From Octopus sinensis (lineage: Eukaryota), in NCBI RefSeq assembly GCF_006345805.1, contig NC_042999.1:172484001-172548000 (forward strand): DNA of 64,000 bases. Reading direction: 5' to 3'. Of the stretch, positions 11,141 to 25,324 are shown in pieces. A program made the translations under genes and the position numbers. How positions within the stretch are numbered: the first letter of the stretch is position 1; each line of letters starts with the position of its first letter. The notes beneath the pieces are model-generated. The model was not told where the DNA came from and ran no database searches. It saw only the letters and a program-made list of their open reading frames with translations.

Positions 11141-13249
11141 TGTTACTGCTGCTTCATCATATTTTTTTCGAAATATGCAAAAACAAAAGAAAGAAATGAA
11201 TGAATAGCTCGCCTACCAAACTGCCTTGCAATAATTAGGAATTTTATTTTATGGTAGGTGTTCTAATCCCATCTCTGACGATTTTATCATTCATCTCTTC
11301 GGAGTCGAAAGATGGTATTGACAATAGGTTTTTCTGTATAAATCTTTGCTGCCTTGTGGCTATGAGAGATAACGGATTCTGAAAAGGTTATATATAAATC
11401 CCATCAAGTGGACTGGAATATCTTGATTTGTGCAGGTGTCATTTTAAATTTCACCTTCTGGCTAAGAGACAATAATGGAAGAATTCCTTGTTAGAATAAG
11501 AAATGTAGATCAAAGTGAGTTGTATATTGACTGACATATCTGTAAACAAGTGACGTGATCTACAAGGAGAAACCTTTCTCAATGTGGGAAGTATTAGAAA
11601 ATCTACGAAGACCTATATAAGAAAGAACAAAAGACTAGTTGATGCATAAGTAATAGAAATAAGATTAACAGTCACTTACAACGAACAAATTAACTCTGCT
11701 GAATGTAGAAAAAGAAATAAAATAGAAATCGATAAGATAGCTTCATCCAAGCAGCTAATAAAGGCAACAAGGTTTAGAAATAGGAAAGATTTACGGCAAA
11801 TCAATGATAAGGATGAGTTCACCGAAGCCAACATACATCAAATGGTAGATGTTAGAGAATCATTTATATTAAGTCCAGTGGTTTCCTGAGATTATGTTTT
11901 TTTTTTTCCTTTATTTTATTTTATTTGAAACAACATTGCTATGAAACATTTCGCTCATAGCTTAGCCCAAGAGTTGCAGTTTCATTTGCAGTTCGCCTGC
12001 CATTTAGATTATGAATCAGTTGGGATGACAGCATATCCGCCTCCAGGTCATCTTGTGAAGTTAGTTTCGCGTGTTGAAGTTTATGAATATTTTTTGTTGC
12101 TTTTCTTTGCTTTCCTCACATAAATTATTCTTCATTATATATTTGAAATCTAGTTTGAGCTGTTGTCGACAGGGTTCACCAGTTGAATTTTAAGCGGAAA
12201 CTAAGATAACAGGAAGGCGGTGAAAGCTCAGGAAACATATAAAAATGTCATTGAAGTAAGATATACGACTCCGTTGCTCGCGGTTGACTGTAATACGTTT
12301 TGATTTTATCTACACGATAAAGTTCCATACGAAACGATATGTTTGCTTCATTGATATGCTTGTAACGTTATGAGCCATGCAGCAATTTTTAGTGTATGGT
12401 TGCCTTATAGTAGCAAATTGAGTACTGCGTGATATACATTTACACATTTTAGAACGTAGTCTCAGCGTGGTACATCCCCGATGACAACATGAATCGTGGA
12501 AAAGGTGGTAGAATAACATAGCACATTACTTAGATACATTTCAGATTATTTATTACAGACATTGTACATGAGAAACACCAGGATGCAGGTTACGAGAAAG
12601 TTAACAGTGTCAAGACAGTTGAACATTCATTCTAAATCATTTAAGAACATCTACAACTTCAAGTTTCTTAAACTAAATTAACATTCTAAATACAATGAGA
12701 AAAATTAGCAGCGCATATCAACAACGTTGATCATACAACTTAAAACACAGCATATGCAAGATTGTTCAGCTTTCTAAAGCTAGTTAGTGCTTCCAGTCAA
12801 ATCATCCGCTACTTCTTAACTGAAGAATGAATGAAATGAAAATGACAGGATTTATAGTAATTGATAGAACGATTTTCATTATACGTATGCTCGACCAGAG
12901 TCAATCTGTGAAAAAAATAAATAAATAAAAATAAAAAAGCTAGCATCGTTAGTAAATATTACAAAGTCATTGCAATGCTTTAACAAGTATACGGATAATG
13001 TAACAATTAACATATAAACTGCTGTGGAAACCAACTCATTTATTCGTTTGGACTTTATCCCCTACTGATAGAGAGCATTTAAGGGGATCTGCTTTGTCGA
13101 TCACTTTGACACCAATGCTAATTTAAGTTTGTTATTTCATTGACATATATTTATCTAATGACTAAACCACGAGCTTTAAGTAGAAGTAAGCACTCACGCA
13201 TACAGATACGTACATACACATATACATACATATATTCATATGTGTGTGA

Positions 13250-13672
13250 GTGTTGCTTCTTCGATTTTTTGATTATTATACATTTTACACTGATGAGGTA
13301 GCCGATTTCCAACAAAGGTACAAGGCTCCATCTCTGGGATGTAGTTAACACAGACAAATTCAGAGTTGGAACTTGAGAAAAGTCATGCATACTTTTACGG
13401 TTCCTCTCACAAATTGCACTTTTAATGTACAAATTAGCCGGTCGATTACTCTTTCTGGAAATCCCAGTTCATCCAGATTCTCCTTTAGGCATTTACTGAT
13501 AAAATATAATGCTCCAGTAATTACGGGTATGAATATGAATACATAGTCTGGATATAGAAGCTGCAGGTTCAAACTAGTTGGCCATAGATATCTTCTTTTT
13601 CTTTGATTTTCAAAGAGATATTATCTCTGCAGTGCAGCTGGCCTCTATCAGGCTATATAGCTTTACACCTGT
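13250..13672 (-). mobile_element. RLE-type non-LTR retrotransposon 3' end, frameshifted
   Basis: LIEASCTAE..KIKEKEDIYGQL / NLQLLYPDYVFIFIPVITGAL...VQFVRGTVKVCMTFLKFQ resembles the restriction-like endonuclease C-terminus (IPxxxGAL motif). Confidence 0.65.
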
Positions 13673-13715
13673 GTATGTATGTATGAATGAATGTATGTAT
13701 GTATGTATATATATA

Positions 13716-13788
<73 letters not shown>

Positions 13789-14076
13789 TAAATATGTATC
13801 ATTACTATTATTAATAATAATAATGATAATAATAAAGTGGCTAGCAAATTTATACCTTCACAGGTAAAATATAAACAAAATTCAGTAGGTTATTTAAAAT
13901 ACCACTTGCTATAAACAGAGCCATCGCTCTAAAGCCACAAGTTAATAATAAAATACAGACTGCCACCGCAACAAACATAACTGAAATAGGCTTACCTTAT
14001 ATGAACTACAGAAGTAAGGAATGCGTATATTCCGGGATCAATTGATTTCGCTTTCTGTAGGAAAAACTTACTTCTG

Positions 14077-14200
<124 letters not shown>

Positions 14201-15658
14201 CAGATCATAAGCAGCTTTCTGTATTATAGTATAGATGTGATTTATTCGGAGACAGTACGTTCATTATTCACTCATCGTCACTGTAGTAATGCATCACTTT
14301 GTAATTTTGGTTCAAATTGAAAGTGTGAAACTATTTTCAATTTCTAATGAAGTCTAGTGGTTGTAGAGCAGTGTCTTTTGAATTAAGATAACTGTTTGTT
14401 ATGATAACTTAGAAACTTTTTTAATGAAAATAAAGTGTTTTGGGGGCCTGAATGATTACTGAATCTTTTGATACCCCATACGTCAAAATGCAGTTTTCGA
14501 ATGCATAAGGAAAATGCGCGCTCACACACACACACACACACACACGCAAACTCTCTAATATATAGGTATGCGTATGTGAGTGTAAGTGTGAGGGTATGTG
14601 AGTGTGTGAGTGCATGTGTATGTGAGTGCATGTGTGTGTGAGTACATGTGTGCGTGTGTGTTATATCAATTATATGAGAATATATAACATCAAAAATTTT
14701 GAAAGAGATTATGTTAACCGTTAAAAATTAGTGTTTTCCTACTCTTATTTGACGTTAATTTTCTATCTTTGAAGTATTTACTGAAAAGTTTATTTCAATC
14801 AAATGTAACAAAATCTTTGATTTTTGTTCATTATATCTTCAGCCCTGGGCGAAATACTATAACAACTATTAATATGCATTTTGAGTTTTTCAGTACTCCG
14901 TTTTACCTTGCATTCTTGAAAAGCTATTAGAATTTTGAAACGTATTTATCTCTTGTCTTTTCAAAAATATTCCTATGCTCTCCATTACACACTTTTTAAA
15001 AATTATATTGAATTTTTATTTTTAAACTGACTCCTTCTCTATGGGAAGAAACTGCCTTCTTCTCTACCTGACGATGTTATCATTTACTTCTCAATCAACA
15101 TTTCTTTTAATCGTTCATCTACAAATTTTCTATATATTAAAAATACTTCCATAAACGCTTCACAGACTAATGATGCACAGAACGGTATATCTTTGCTTTT
15201 TGCAGGAAGTTGTATTTATCTTCATTTTTATACTCTATTAGGAAACTTACACATGTAAGGAAAGGAAATGCATTAAATAGCTGTTGATTATATGAGTTAA
15301 AAATAATGGAGTCAAAGGGTCATTTCCTCGCTATTAACAAACATTTATTTCGTTTCCAGTATACAATTAATGCAATAAAAGAATCCATTTAACTTTTTTG
15401 ATGTCGGACGGAAACGCTTTCAATCCATTTAACTTTTATATGCTATAATGTAATGTTTAATTGGATATCTGTGTGCCAACACGCAAGCACACGGAAGAAA
15501 AATTGAATGTAATATCTTTTCGATCAAAACGGAAATAAAACAAACAGAAACACATGAATGCATATATATAATACATACATATTCAAATATCCCTATACAC
15601 AAACACATGTACTTATTGTATATATATATATGTATGTATATATATTGTATATAGATAG

Positions 15659-15689
<31 letters not shown>

Positions 15690-15898
15690 TTAATGAATAT
15701 TACCTATACACAGACATGACAGAAGTAAATAGACGCACATATAATAATCAAAATTTACTTAAATCTAATATTATACATTCAAATCATTTATTAATCATTA
15801 TAATGTGAATATCTAATAATAAGTTGACATGCCCTTTGTATTTATCAATGCAAGGCTCGTATAAGGCATGCTACTGATCGTATAACGCATGCTACTGA

Positions 15899-16772
15899 TC
15901 AGACGACGAAGATGCTCTTGGGGAATTCTTGCCAAGTTTGATGCTTTCTTGTTCTTTTTACAAAGTGTTCAGTCCTTATGCTCCAGAGGTGTTCAATAGG
16001 GTTCATATCTGGTGACTGGTTTGGCCATGGAAGTTTTGTAAAGCAATTCTTTTTCAACCAAAGTTTGGTCTTTTTGCCATGTGACAAGGAACCCAATCTT
16101 CCATAAATAGTCTTCTTTAATCATTTCACCATTAGAGAAAATTAGGACTCCTTCCAGCAATATGGATACATATTTATCTGAGTTAATATTTCCATCACAC
16201 TCCACCAGCTCTGACCGTTGCTCCAAATTGCTCCCCAAACCATCGCTGAATAGCTGCCTTGTTTCATTGTTGGTAGCGATCTTTTCATGTCAAATTCTTG
16301 CTCACCAAGTCTCCAGACACACACTCAGCCACTGTCAGAAAATAGAGCATATCTGGATCCATCAAAGAATATGATAGTGTCCCAAAATGCTATCGGCTAC
16401 TCCATCATCTCACTGGCCCAATCTTTTCTCCGCCTGCTATTTGCTTCCTTCTTAAAGCTCGCCATAGTAGCTAATTGTGTGGAGATACCTGACAACTGTT
16501 CTGGCACTGACATCAATATGTTCTGCTACGTCTGAGTTCTTGCAATGAGGTTTATCCCCCACACATCACTTAACAAAGCAAAGGGTCTTGTCGGAGGGAC
16601 ATGGTCGACCTGGGCAAGGTGATATGGACTTCTTCCCCACTCTGGGGAATAGCACAATCACTAAGGATCCCAAGGTTTTCTGCGATTTTACGCTAAGACC
16701 ACCTTCAGATTGACCCAAAATACTGCCTTTTTCAAATTTGGACAGTCCCGAGGGTTCTTTTGTACGTGGCAT
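15899..16772 (-). pseudogene. Tc1-family DD34E transposase, disrupted
   Basis: N-terminus SKFEKGSILG, then MVWGAI, DGNINSDKYVSIL, FMEDWVPCH and WPNQSPDMNPIEHLW. D-to-E spacing is 34 after restoring one base in an A-run near 16071. Multiple stops and frameshifts; matching TIRs not found. Confidence 0.9.
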
Positions 16773-17220
16773 GTGTAAACAATCACTTATAGAACCTGAA
16801 ACATAAAAATATCAACTATTAAAAAATATTCTTATTTTCAAGTTAAAATAAACAATGAAGCATAATTACATCTTAAATAGATAAATGTTTCTTATAACAT
16901 TTAATATTATTAATTTTTATAAATTCCAGAAAAGAGAGTTTAAGTATAAGATCAAGTTAATGTTAAACGAATTTCAGAGGGCTTTTTGATGATGTTATCA
17001 ATGTAAATATTTCTAGCATTATAAGATATATTTGCACACCAAGGCCAGCGCTCCACATGTGGACTCTGCCTGAAAGAAACACTCCAAATATCAATTCATA
17101 ATTCACTGCATTTGGTCAATAAACAGCAGGAAGCATTTTCTCTATTTCAGCATCAGTTCTACCGCACTTTTAGATTCGTCCATAGAAGAATGCAAACAAA
17201 ATCAACACATAACACTTGCC

Positions 17221-17607
17221 GGTACTCTTTGGCTATCTCACATCCATTAAAAATTTGGGTTATCTCCGCCCGTTTTATGAAAAAATCGGTATTTTTGGTT
17301 ATCTCCTCCAACTAAAAACAATGTTTAACCCTTAATAAAATCAAAAAAGAAAAAGAGGAAAAAATGATAAACATGAAATCTGAAAAGATTAAGCATCTCA
17401 CTGAATCTAATAACATTTTTATAACAAATTATACCATGCATATTGAGGAAGCCAAATGCCAATAATGCCTTGAAGTATTGAATCAAAAGGGTCTAACCGT
17501 TTTAATCCAATCTCTTGTTGCCACATAAACTCAACATTTTAGTTGGGAGATAACCCAATTTTTTAATGGCCATTTTTTTAATGGGGGTGAGATAAACAAA
17601 AAGTATC
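17221..17607. mobile_element. MITE with imperfect TIRs and 8-bp TSD (Merlin-like, tentative)
   Basis: TSD cacttgcc at 17213-17220 and 17608-17615. Ends read GGTACTCTTTGGCTATCTCAC versus (reverse complement) GATACTTTTTGTTTATCTCAC. Repeated subterminal ggttatctc. Confidence 0.8.
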
Positions 17608-18422
17608 CACTTGCCTATATGCATCCACAGTCGGTACGTTTTCCTTTTCCCTTTTTTCTCTATCAACATACGTATCTTAGCAGCTAGCTGGCTTTAGTTC
17701 TTTAGTTCTTTAATTTTTTAATGTCTTAATAATTAGCTTTTAAATTTAATTTAACTTTTAAATTTTAATTCTTTAATTTGTATCCTTTATCAATATAATT
17801 TTGATTTTTCCCTTAATATACCCCACTAAGTTAGGAGTATATTAAGAGGTATATTAGCTATCCCTAACCACACCTAACCTAGATTTCATCTATTTAATTA
17901 ATAGATATAGATACGTTCCTCCACCACTTTACCGACATCTTAACCCCTGACCTCTCACCCGAACCAACACTTACGAAGAATAATACTGGCATCTAATCTC
18001 TATCTTTATTCTTTTTATTTGTATTTCCTTTATATTTTATTTGTTTCTTTTATTTTTCTATTTTTAATTTTTGATGTTACATTACTTTCGCTCTCATTCA
18101 TTCTTTCCCTCACCTATCCCATTTCTGCCTTGTCTCTCTTTCTCCTTATCTCTCCTTTTTTACTCTTTCTCCCTCTTTGTCACTTTCTCCTCCTTCTGCG
18201 ATCCACTCACTTACAACCCACTTCTATTTATCTTGATGTCTGAATTTCTCATTCGATATATCCACATGGACCATTTACACTTCATTAATTACAACGTGAA
18301 CGCATCATTCAAGATACTGCTAAAATATTGCCTGAATTTGCCTCGGAAGGAAACAAGCAGTCAAAGGATGTTAGTTGCGGATAGATTTTTCACAAAATAT
18401 TTAGTATATATGCATGTGTGTC

Positions 18423-18490
<68 letters not shown>

Positions 18491-18560
18491 ACAACTTAAC
18501 AAATAAAACATATGCATACATACATACATGTACATACCTACATCTATATGTAAATATACA

Positions 18561-18606
<46 letters not shown>

Positions 18607-18610
<4 letters not shown>

Positions 18611-18880
18611 TACAAGACACCACAAATAAACGTAGAACACAACGAGAAACGAAAACATAAAAACAAACAAGGAAACAGCCTTTTTTAACAACGAAAAAAA
18701 CAAGAAAACAGAGTACAAGACAAACAATACAAGGAATATTCCTCTTCCTCAGCTGCCCCTGGTTCGACTCAATGCGTGTTTCGAAGGTAGGGGCAGAACA
18801 CGATCCGGACGAAGTAAACCTTCCTGCAAAGTGAATTAAATAAAATTCTTTTACAGAGGGGTAAAAAAAAGTGACAAAAA
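18607..18880. mobile_element. Interspersed repeat related to 1109-1421
   Basis: Shared 5' part and ttcctcagctg motif; begins directly after (TA)n. Confidence 0.4.
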
Positions 18881-18979
18881 CAGGACGTATATTCATTTAT
18901 TTATTTATTTATTTTATATAGATACGCATACACTTGCACATACGCACACACACACACATACACACACACATATATATAT

Positions 18980-19140
18980 ATAATTGCTTATTTTTCCCGT
19001 GATTTTCACAACGGGGTTTAAAGCCGGTATAAGACCGGTGATGCGAAAATCCAATCTATGTTTTGTGAAGTATTTTAGCCCCTTTAACATTCTCTCCCCT
19101 AAACCCTGTTGTGAAAATCACGGGAAAAATAAGCAATTAT
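18980..19140. repeat. Fold-back element, about 40-bp arms, about 80-bp spacer
   Basis: ataattgcttatttttcccgtgattttcacaac is the exact reverse complement of gttgtgaaaatcacgggaaaaataagcaattat, extending inward with one mismatch. Confidence 0.85.
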
Positions 19141-19812
19141 AAATTAAAAATTGTGACAAAAAGATGTAATCTTTTCAAATGAAACGGCATCTTTTGGATG
19201 GATAAAGTGAGTATAGGAGTAGTTGCAAATTCTTGATCAGAGCTAAAACTTTCACTGATTCGCTGATGTTCGTGAATTAATTGCTGAATTTAATTGCAAA
19301 TAAAATTCATGTTATAGAACACGACATTTTTGCATATCAGCTTTTTTTAAATTCATATATGCATATATACCACTTATATTTCAGTTCTGCATAATAACTA
19401 GCTTACAGTGATGTTAAGAAACAATTGATAAATATTAATAATACCCGAAAAAAATTTTTCATCAGTATAACTCATTTTCGCCTTGTTTATCAATCTAATT
19501 ACTACCTAAATATTCTTTTGATGTTTTGAATAAATTGATCAGTACGAAATAAATAGCAAACGTATTGTTTTGTTTTTTTCACAAAACGTTATTGTATTGA
19601 CCCGCTATTAAATTTTTATTGCTATAAACGACAGCTTCATTTGTATTGTTCAAAATGTAGGACTGTACTTTTTTTCAGGTGCATGACAATTATATACGCT
19701 AGTTTTTGTCCGTATGTGTGAACTCATGTGCTTTTGAAAGTATATATATATATGTTTGTGTACAAGTGTGTGATTGAGTATATGTGCGTGTTATATATAT
19801 ATATATATATAT

Positions 19813-19906
<94 letters not shown>

Positions 19907-19919
19907 CTCTGTACTCTTT

Positions 19920-20460
19920 AATTTGTTTCAGCTTTAAATCTGCAGTCATGAAAGGGCCGTAGTGCACTTTCACTGTTTGAAAACTCCTCTGAAATGTGAC
20001 ATTTGGCGAATGAAGGAGATTGATGATGGTGCCTTCATCTGTGTTCCCTACAGTGATGTAAGCTCATCTGGAACAGGGATCCAGTTTTGTTCAGATGATA
20101 CCTACATCCAAACCATTCAGGTTTCTCATGCATCTTGGAAGTATATTTAAGATCTGTGGCCCTTTGAAACCCACGGTGCTGCAGTATGTGATCCTGTACT
20201 TTGACGGCGCTAGCGGGATCTTTGGTATTATGCAGTTGCTGTTTGTGTAACTTTCAATACTAAAGTTTGGTGCAAGGCCTTCCAGGATTTTCCAGATATA
20301 TATCACAATATATCATTCCTGCCTTTGTTCTAAGTAGAAGACTCTTAACTCTTTCAGCCTTTCCCAGTATCTGATACGGTGCAATGAGACGATTTTCTTG
20401 TGTAGCTTCGTTGTGTAGCTTCGTTGAATTTATCCGAGTCCCATTGCAAAACCTGAATAG
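19920..20460 (-). mobile_element. CR1/L2-like LINE 3' fragment
   Basis: IYIWKILEGLAPNFSIESYTN...GFKGPQILNILPRCMRNL, homologous to 34509-34889. Confidence 0.8.
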
Positions 20461-20898
20461 TTGAATATGGTGACAAAAATTAAATAGGTGGCGAAGAAAA
20501 CGTCAAAACATTATAAGTTTTAAGGTTATGCGGAGTGGATTGTGAGCGAAAAAATATAAACGAAAAAGAGGTTGACTGACGTTTCGGGTGAACATATTAT
20601 CAAACTAGGGTAAGAAAGAATGATAGAATGAAGTGTTAAGTAAGAAATACTAAAAGAAACGCTTCCAATTTAATATCGATCATTCGACTACATAAGTGTG
20701 ACTGTACGTGAGTGTAAGTGTAGGTATATGTATACATGCATATATATTAATGTGTTTAAGTGTTTACCCGTTCTTGTTCCCGCATTCTTCTTTTCTTCAT
20801 TGCATCCCCAGGATTATTCCTATTTGCTTAGATTTCATGTTGTATGTTAGGAGATAAGTCTATTGATATCAATTTTTCAATACTTTCGTAGAATTTTA

Positions 20899-21106
20899 CA
20901 AGGGGTGCTGAAAAGTTCTTGGCTTTTATGTCATCGCAAAACACCTGGCTCAACGCCCAAAATTCCGAGTTCTTTTACATGGCATAGAAAACTGACGAGC
21001 AGCTGCAGTAAGTGTGTGAATCGGAGAGGGGAATATATTGTACAAAATCATAATTAACTGATCCGCCTCTCTTTTATTTTACCAGGGACTCTTCAGCACT
21101 TCCTCG
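20899..21106 (+). mobile_element. Internally deleted mariner element (208 bp)
   Basis: TA at 20897-98 and 21107-08. Ends read caaggggtgctgaaaagttcttgg and ccagggactcttcagcacttcctcg. Retains a C-terminal remnant (..RKLTSSCSKCVNRRGEYI) resembling mariner KLxxRWxKCxxxxGxY. Confidence 0.75.
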
Positions 21107-22901
21107 TATATGAGTCGTATATTTAGTTGAATATAAACCACGGTTTCAGTTTGATAATTGTCCCGGTTTAAACGGAAATTTAGTAGCTTACACGATCTTT
21201 GATTTTAGATATTTGCTAGTAATTGCATCAACTTATATCAGACAGGCAAAAGCACATATACATACAGACAGACAGACAGACAGACAGATATTGCAATCTG
21301 TCATCCACGAGTGAATACGGTTTAGCATATTTGCTATTTTCTTTTTAATTGTTTAAGGTATTTATGTATCTGCAATAAAACAGACATCAAGTTGATATTC
21401 CTACTATTTAACCCAGTGGTACATCCAGAACTTGAGAGCTGATGAGAGACAGTTGTACTTATTGTCTTCTGTGTAGAAATGTAGTGTTTTGCTCAAGAAG
21501 GCAATGATGCTCAATGTCCAAGAATTGCACACCCGTATTATGGTCTCACCCCAGAATTGATGACGTTGGTCAATTTTACAAAGTCTTCATCTGACCTAGA
21601 TCACGAATTATTGCTTCTTTCTTCAGCTTCTTTCCAATATTTATCTTTTACGATACACATGCTTTTTAGTTTGATGTGTGCACACAACCTCCAAAGCCTC
21701 TGAGATCTTCAATTAATGTCGATATTTAAACAGTGGGAACTATCATCTGATGATGGAATGGAGAGGATATATACAAAGCTAATAACATTGATTTCTCTGA
21801 TTTCTTTTTTGTTTCAACACAGTTTATTCCTACATCTGTCGATTCCATTAAATATATTTTTAATTCATCTATGTGAAGTTGTCGTTATCCCCTGCATAGA
21901 GGAAGAATCTGGAAAATTCTTCTACCTGTAAAATTTAAAAGTATTATTAAATTCAATGATGATGATTGTACCAATTTTTGAATTGTAGCCTCCTTGAATC
22001 ACTCTGGTCATTCTTCGAATGTTATATCTTGATAACTTCTAGAAAGCATTGATGGAAATCAAATCCAAAAATCATTCATATAACCGAAAGTTTGATAATA
22101 CGATTGACTTAATAGAGGAAGATCAATTGAGTATTAAATGTTCCAGTTCAGTATTTTAAAATTCATTAAAAAAATATATTGCGAAGAAATCATCATCATG
22201 CAAAAAATTCAATTATCATTTCTTCGGAGTCTTCTTTCTTGGGCAAGCTATTGACAAAACGGAAGACCACAATTAATTTCGAATTCAACTGATTCAATTT
22301 AATTGTAAGTTATAGGGAAAATGAGACAGAACTGAAATTAAAAGTTATTAGCGCTATGCTAATAATAAATTACAACATATTTGTCTTTTAAGTGGTGTAT
22401 AATAAGACTTGACGAATATTCTTTTATCTGCACAGTATAAACTGGGTAATATGGAGTTAGCACTCAGACTTAGCTGCACTACATCGAGTAAAATCTGGTA
22501 ATAATATAGCAATCCAGCATTATCATTGCTTTATTGAAATACTTCGAAGATTCAACATACAAAATATACAAAAGTTCAAAACGTAATACCTGGATTTAAC
22601 GTTATACTTGATCGAGTTTCAGCATCCAAGGAATTTGCAGAAATATAATTAGCTCTGGAAGGGGTCTGAAAGGAAAACGTAAAAGGCATTCTTCAAATAA
22701 GGGCGTCATTTGAAACATTCTTAATAATTTCAAAACGTCAGGATTGAATTCATCAATTCTACAGACTCGTAGAAATGCTTCTGTGGAATCACTACTCCAA
22801 CGGGAAGTATATATCACGTAGCTAGTAAATATGAATTGGTGATAGATATATAGATACATACACTACCTATTTGTGTAAGCATATATCATCAATTATATAT
22901 A

Positions 22902-22954
<53 letters not shown>

Positions 22955-23066
22955 AATGGATGAATGAATTATCCTCGAAAGTAAAAGAATTTGAATAACA
23001 CCTGCGTTCAACTCCATTTATTTACTTATATATATATATATATAAATATATAAATATCTATATATC

Positions 23067-23152
<86 letters not shown>

Positions 23153-24218
23153 CCTTGTATCATGTTTTTGTCTCCCTTGTCTGTTCGTTTTTTTCGCCCA
23201 GTTTTCGTCTCTTTTTTCTCTTCTATAACCTTTGAAATATATATGTGTGTGTGTGTGCCTGCGCACGTGCGCCTGTGCATGTGTGCGTGTGCGCGTGTGT
23301 GTGTATATGTATATACCCACCTGTATGTAATTCTGTGAGCGTGTATGTATGTAAGAAACTGCAGTTAATTGCACGTAAGGATTAGCTAAACTATTTTTGT
23401 ATGGGCTACGCGTTATTAAAGACATGAATTGTATCTTTGAAACATATTTAGTCTGTATTTAACTCAACCATTTCTAACATCCTTTAATATGTATGTAACA
23501 CCCTCTCCGTCTCACAATTTATGGACATGCATTGTCAATACATCAGCTACTGCAAATACCTGTTTATACATAGCATTTTCTGAACGTATCCGTATAAGGA
23601 ACAGAATAATATCAATGACGTACATTCACGGCCACCCACATGGCTGTATGAAAATTTGTTTGGGTGTGTTTGTGCAGAGAGTGTGACACGCCAATGTGGA
23701 GTGAAGATGATTCGCTAATTCCCCGAGTTTAAAGCGACGCAATAAAGATTTCAAAATGAAGATGAAGTAAGGGAATCTGACTGATAAAATATTAATCCGT
23801 ATAGTAGTTATTAAACAATTGTCGATTGCACTTCTATTGAATCATTCCTAGACAGAAATATGCTCTGTTATTAAACGAAACCGTTGCCGTACATTCAGTT
23901 CTTGTAAAACGCCATTGATAAAGGTACGGCTATATAACGTATATGAACCTCTAAATGTTTTCTGAGATATCTGTTATATGACCCCTATTTCAGGTAGTAA
24001 ATTGCATTGAGAACCTCCTACTTTACCACGTTTACATTGATCAAACGAATGCATCTGTAACATTGAAAATGCACGGTGAGAAAATGAGCAGAATTTGGGG
24101 GTGCATACGTAATTTTGTTTTGGTGTTTCTTCAGAAATATGTGTATGAAGGGTGCACACATACGTACACATAGAGATATGCATGTATGTGTATATATATG
24201 TATGTATGTGTGTATGTT

Positions 24219-24250
<32 letters not shown>

Positions 24251-25172
24251 TGTATGTGTATATGTATGTATGTATTTATGTATGAATATACGTACAAACG
24301 TATACATACTGTGAGGGAAACTGTATTTTTCGTTCATAAATTGCTTCATTGATATTCGCATTTTTTTTTCCACAATATTATTTCTCTCTGCTTACTTTGT
24401 TGTTTTTCTATCAAAATGTTTGGAATGTCATTTTTCTTCTTTTTTCTTCTTTTAGAAACAAACATATTTTTACTCATGAATACACAGAAAACGAATGCAC
24501 GAATTCCTAAACAAATAAAACGACAAATATTTATTCTATCTACTTAGAGATGATGTACATATAAGAAATAACATATATGTCATACGCACAGAACACACAC
24601 ATATATTATTTCTTATAGTGCTGCATATTATTTTGTTTCATATAAAATAAATACTCATGTGTACCATAATTTGTAAGTCTTTTCTTATATATTCAGTGTC
24701 TCTTTTATGGGTCAATTGACAATATTTTGTATACAACAGAATTTGGGCTTATATTTTTAGGTTAGTTTTATATTTGTTTACCTTGATGGCTGCTTATACA
24801 TTTAAATGGTAGCAGGAAGAACCTGTGGATTATTGTGCCTTTACCCCGTTACTTGCCTGGCTAGAAATAGCATCTAGATTCGCTTGTATTTTACAATATA
24901 TAATAGAAGATACATTGGTGTTGACGCTAGAATACATTTATCCCTAGACACTGAGGAAGAATGTGGCTTATCGGTAACAAGGTCTACGTGAAGAAAGCAG
25001 TCATAACTACATATTCACAAGTTCTATGTCAACACGCGTGATCCATAGGGCCATTTCGATCCCATAGGTGATATTTCGGAAAGGGTTGACCAGTATCATC
25101 TAAGTAGAACTTAGCTGACGTAAACTTCGCCCGAATACTGCAAAGGCGCGCGTGCACCCATATATTATCGTT

Positions 25173-25209
<37 letters not shown>

Positions 25210-25251
25210 AATCAAGCTATATATATATATATATAATATATATATATATAT

Positions 25252-25286
<35 letters not shown>

Positions 25287-25324
25287 ACTATATACAAACA
25301 TATATATAAATATATATAGGGAGA

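Noticed and set aside
11400-11880. A-rich stretch resembling a decayed RTE ORF2
   Set aside because: No unambiguous RT or endonuclease motif recovered in any frame.
11960-12090. Minus-strand open frame KLTSQDDLEADMLSSQLIHNLNGRR...
   Set aside because: Weak acceptor, no donor, no recognisable homology.
13288-13320. CTGATGAG motif
   Set aside because: No downstream GAAA/stem III; lies in a LINE 3' UTR.
20575-20610. Minus-strand tgataatatgttcacccGAAAcgTC
   Set aside because: Core lacks C3 and G8, and stem I is unconvincing.
22602-22859. ORF segment FNPDVLKLLRMFQMTP resembling the hAT dimerisation domain
   Set aside because: The conserved ERxFS motif is absent and no TIRs are seen; similarity is too weak.
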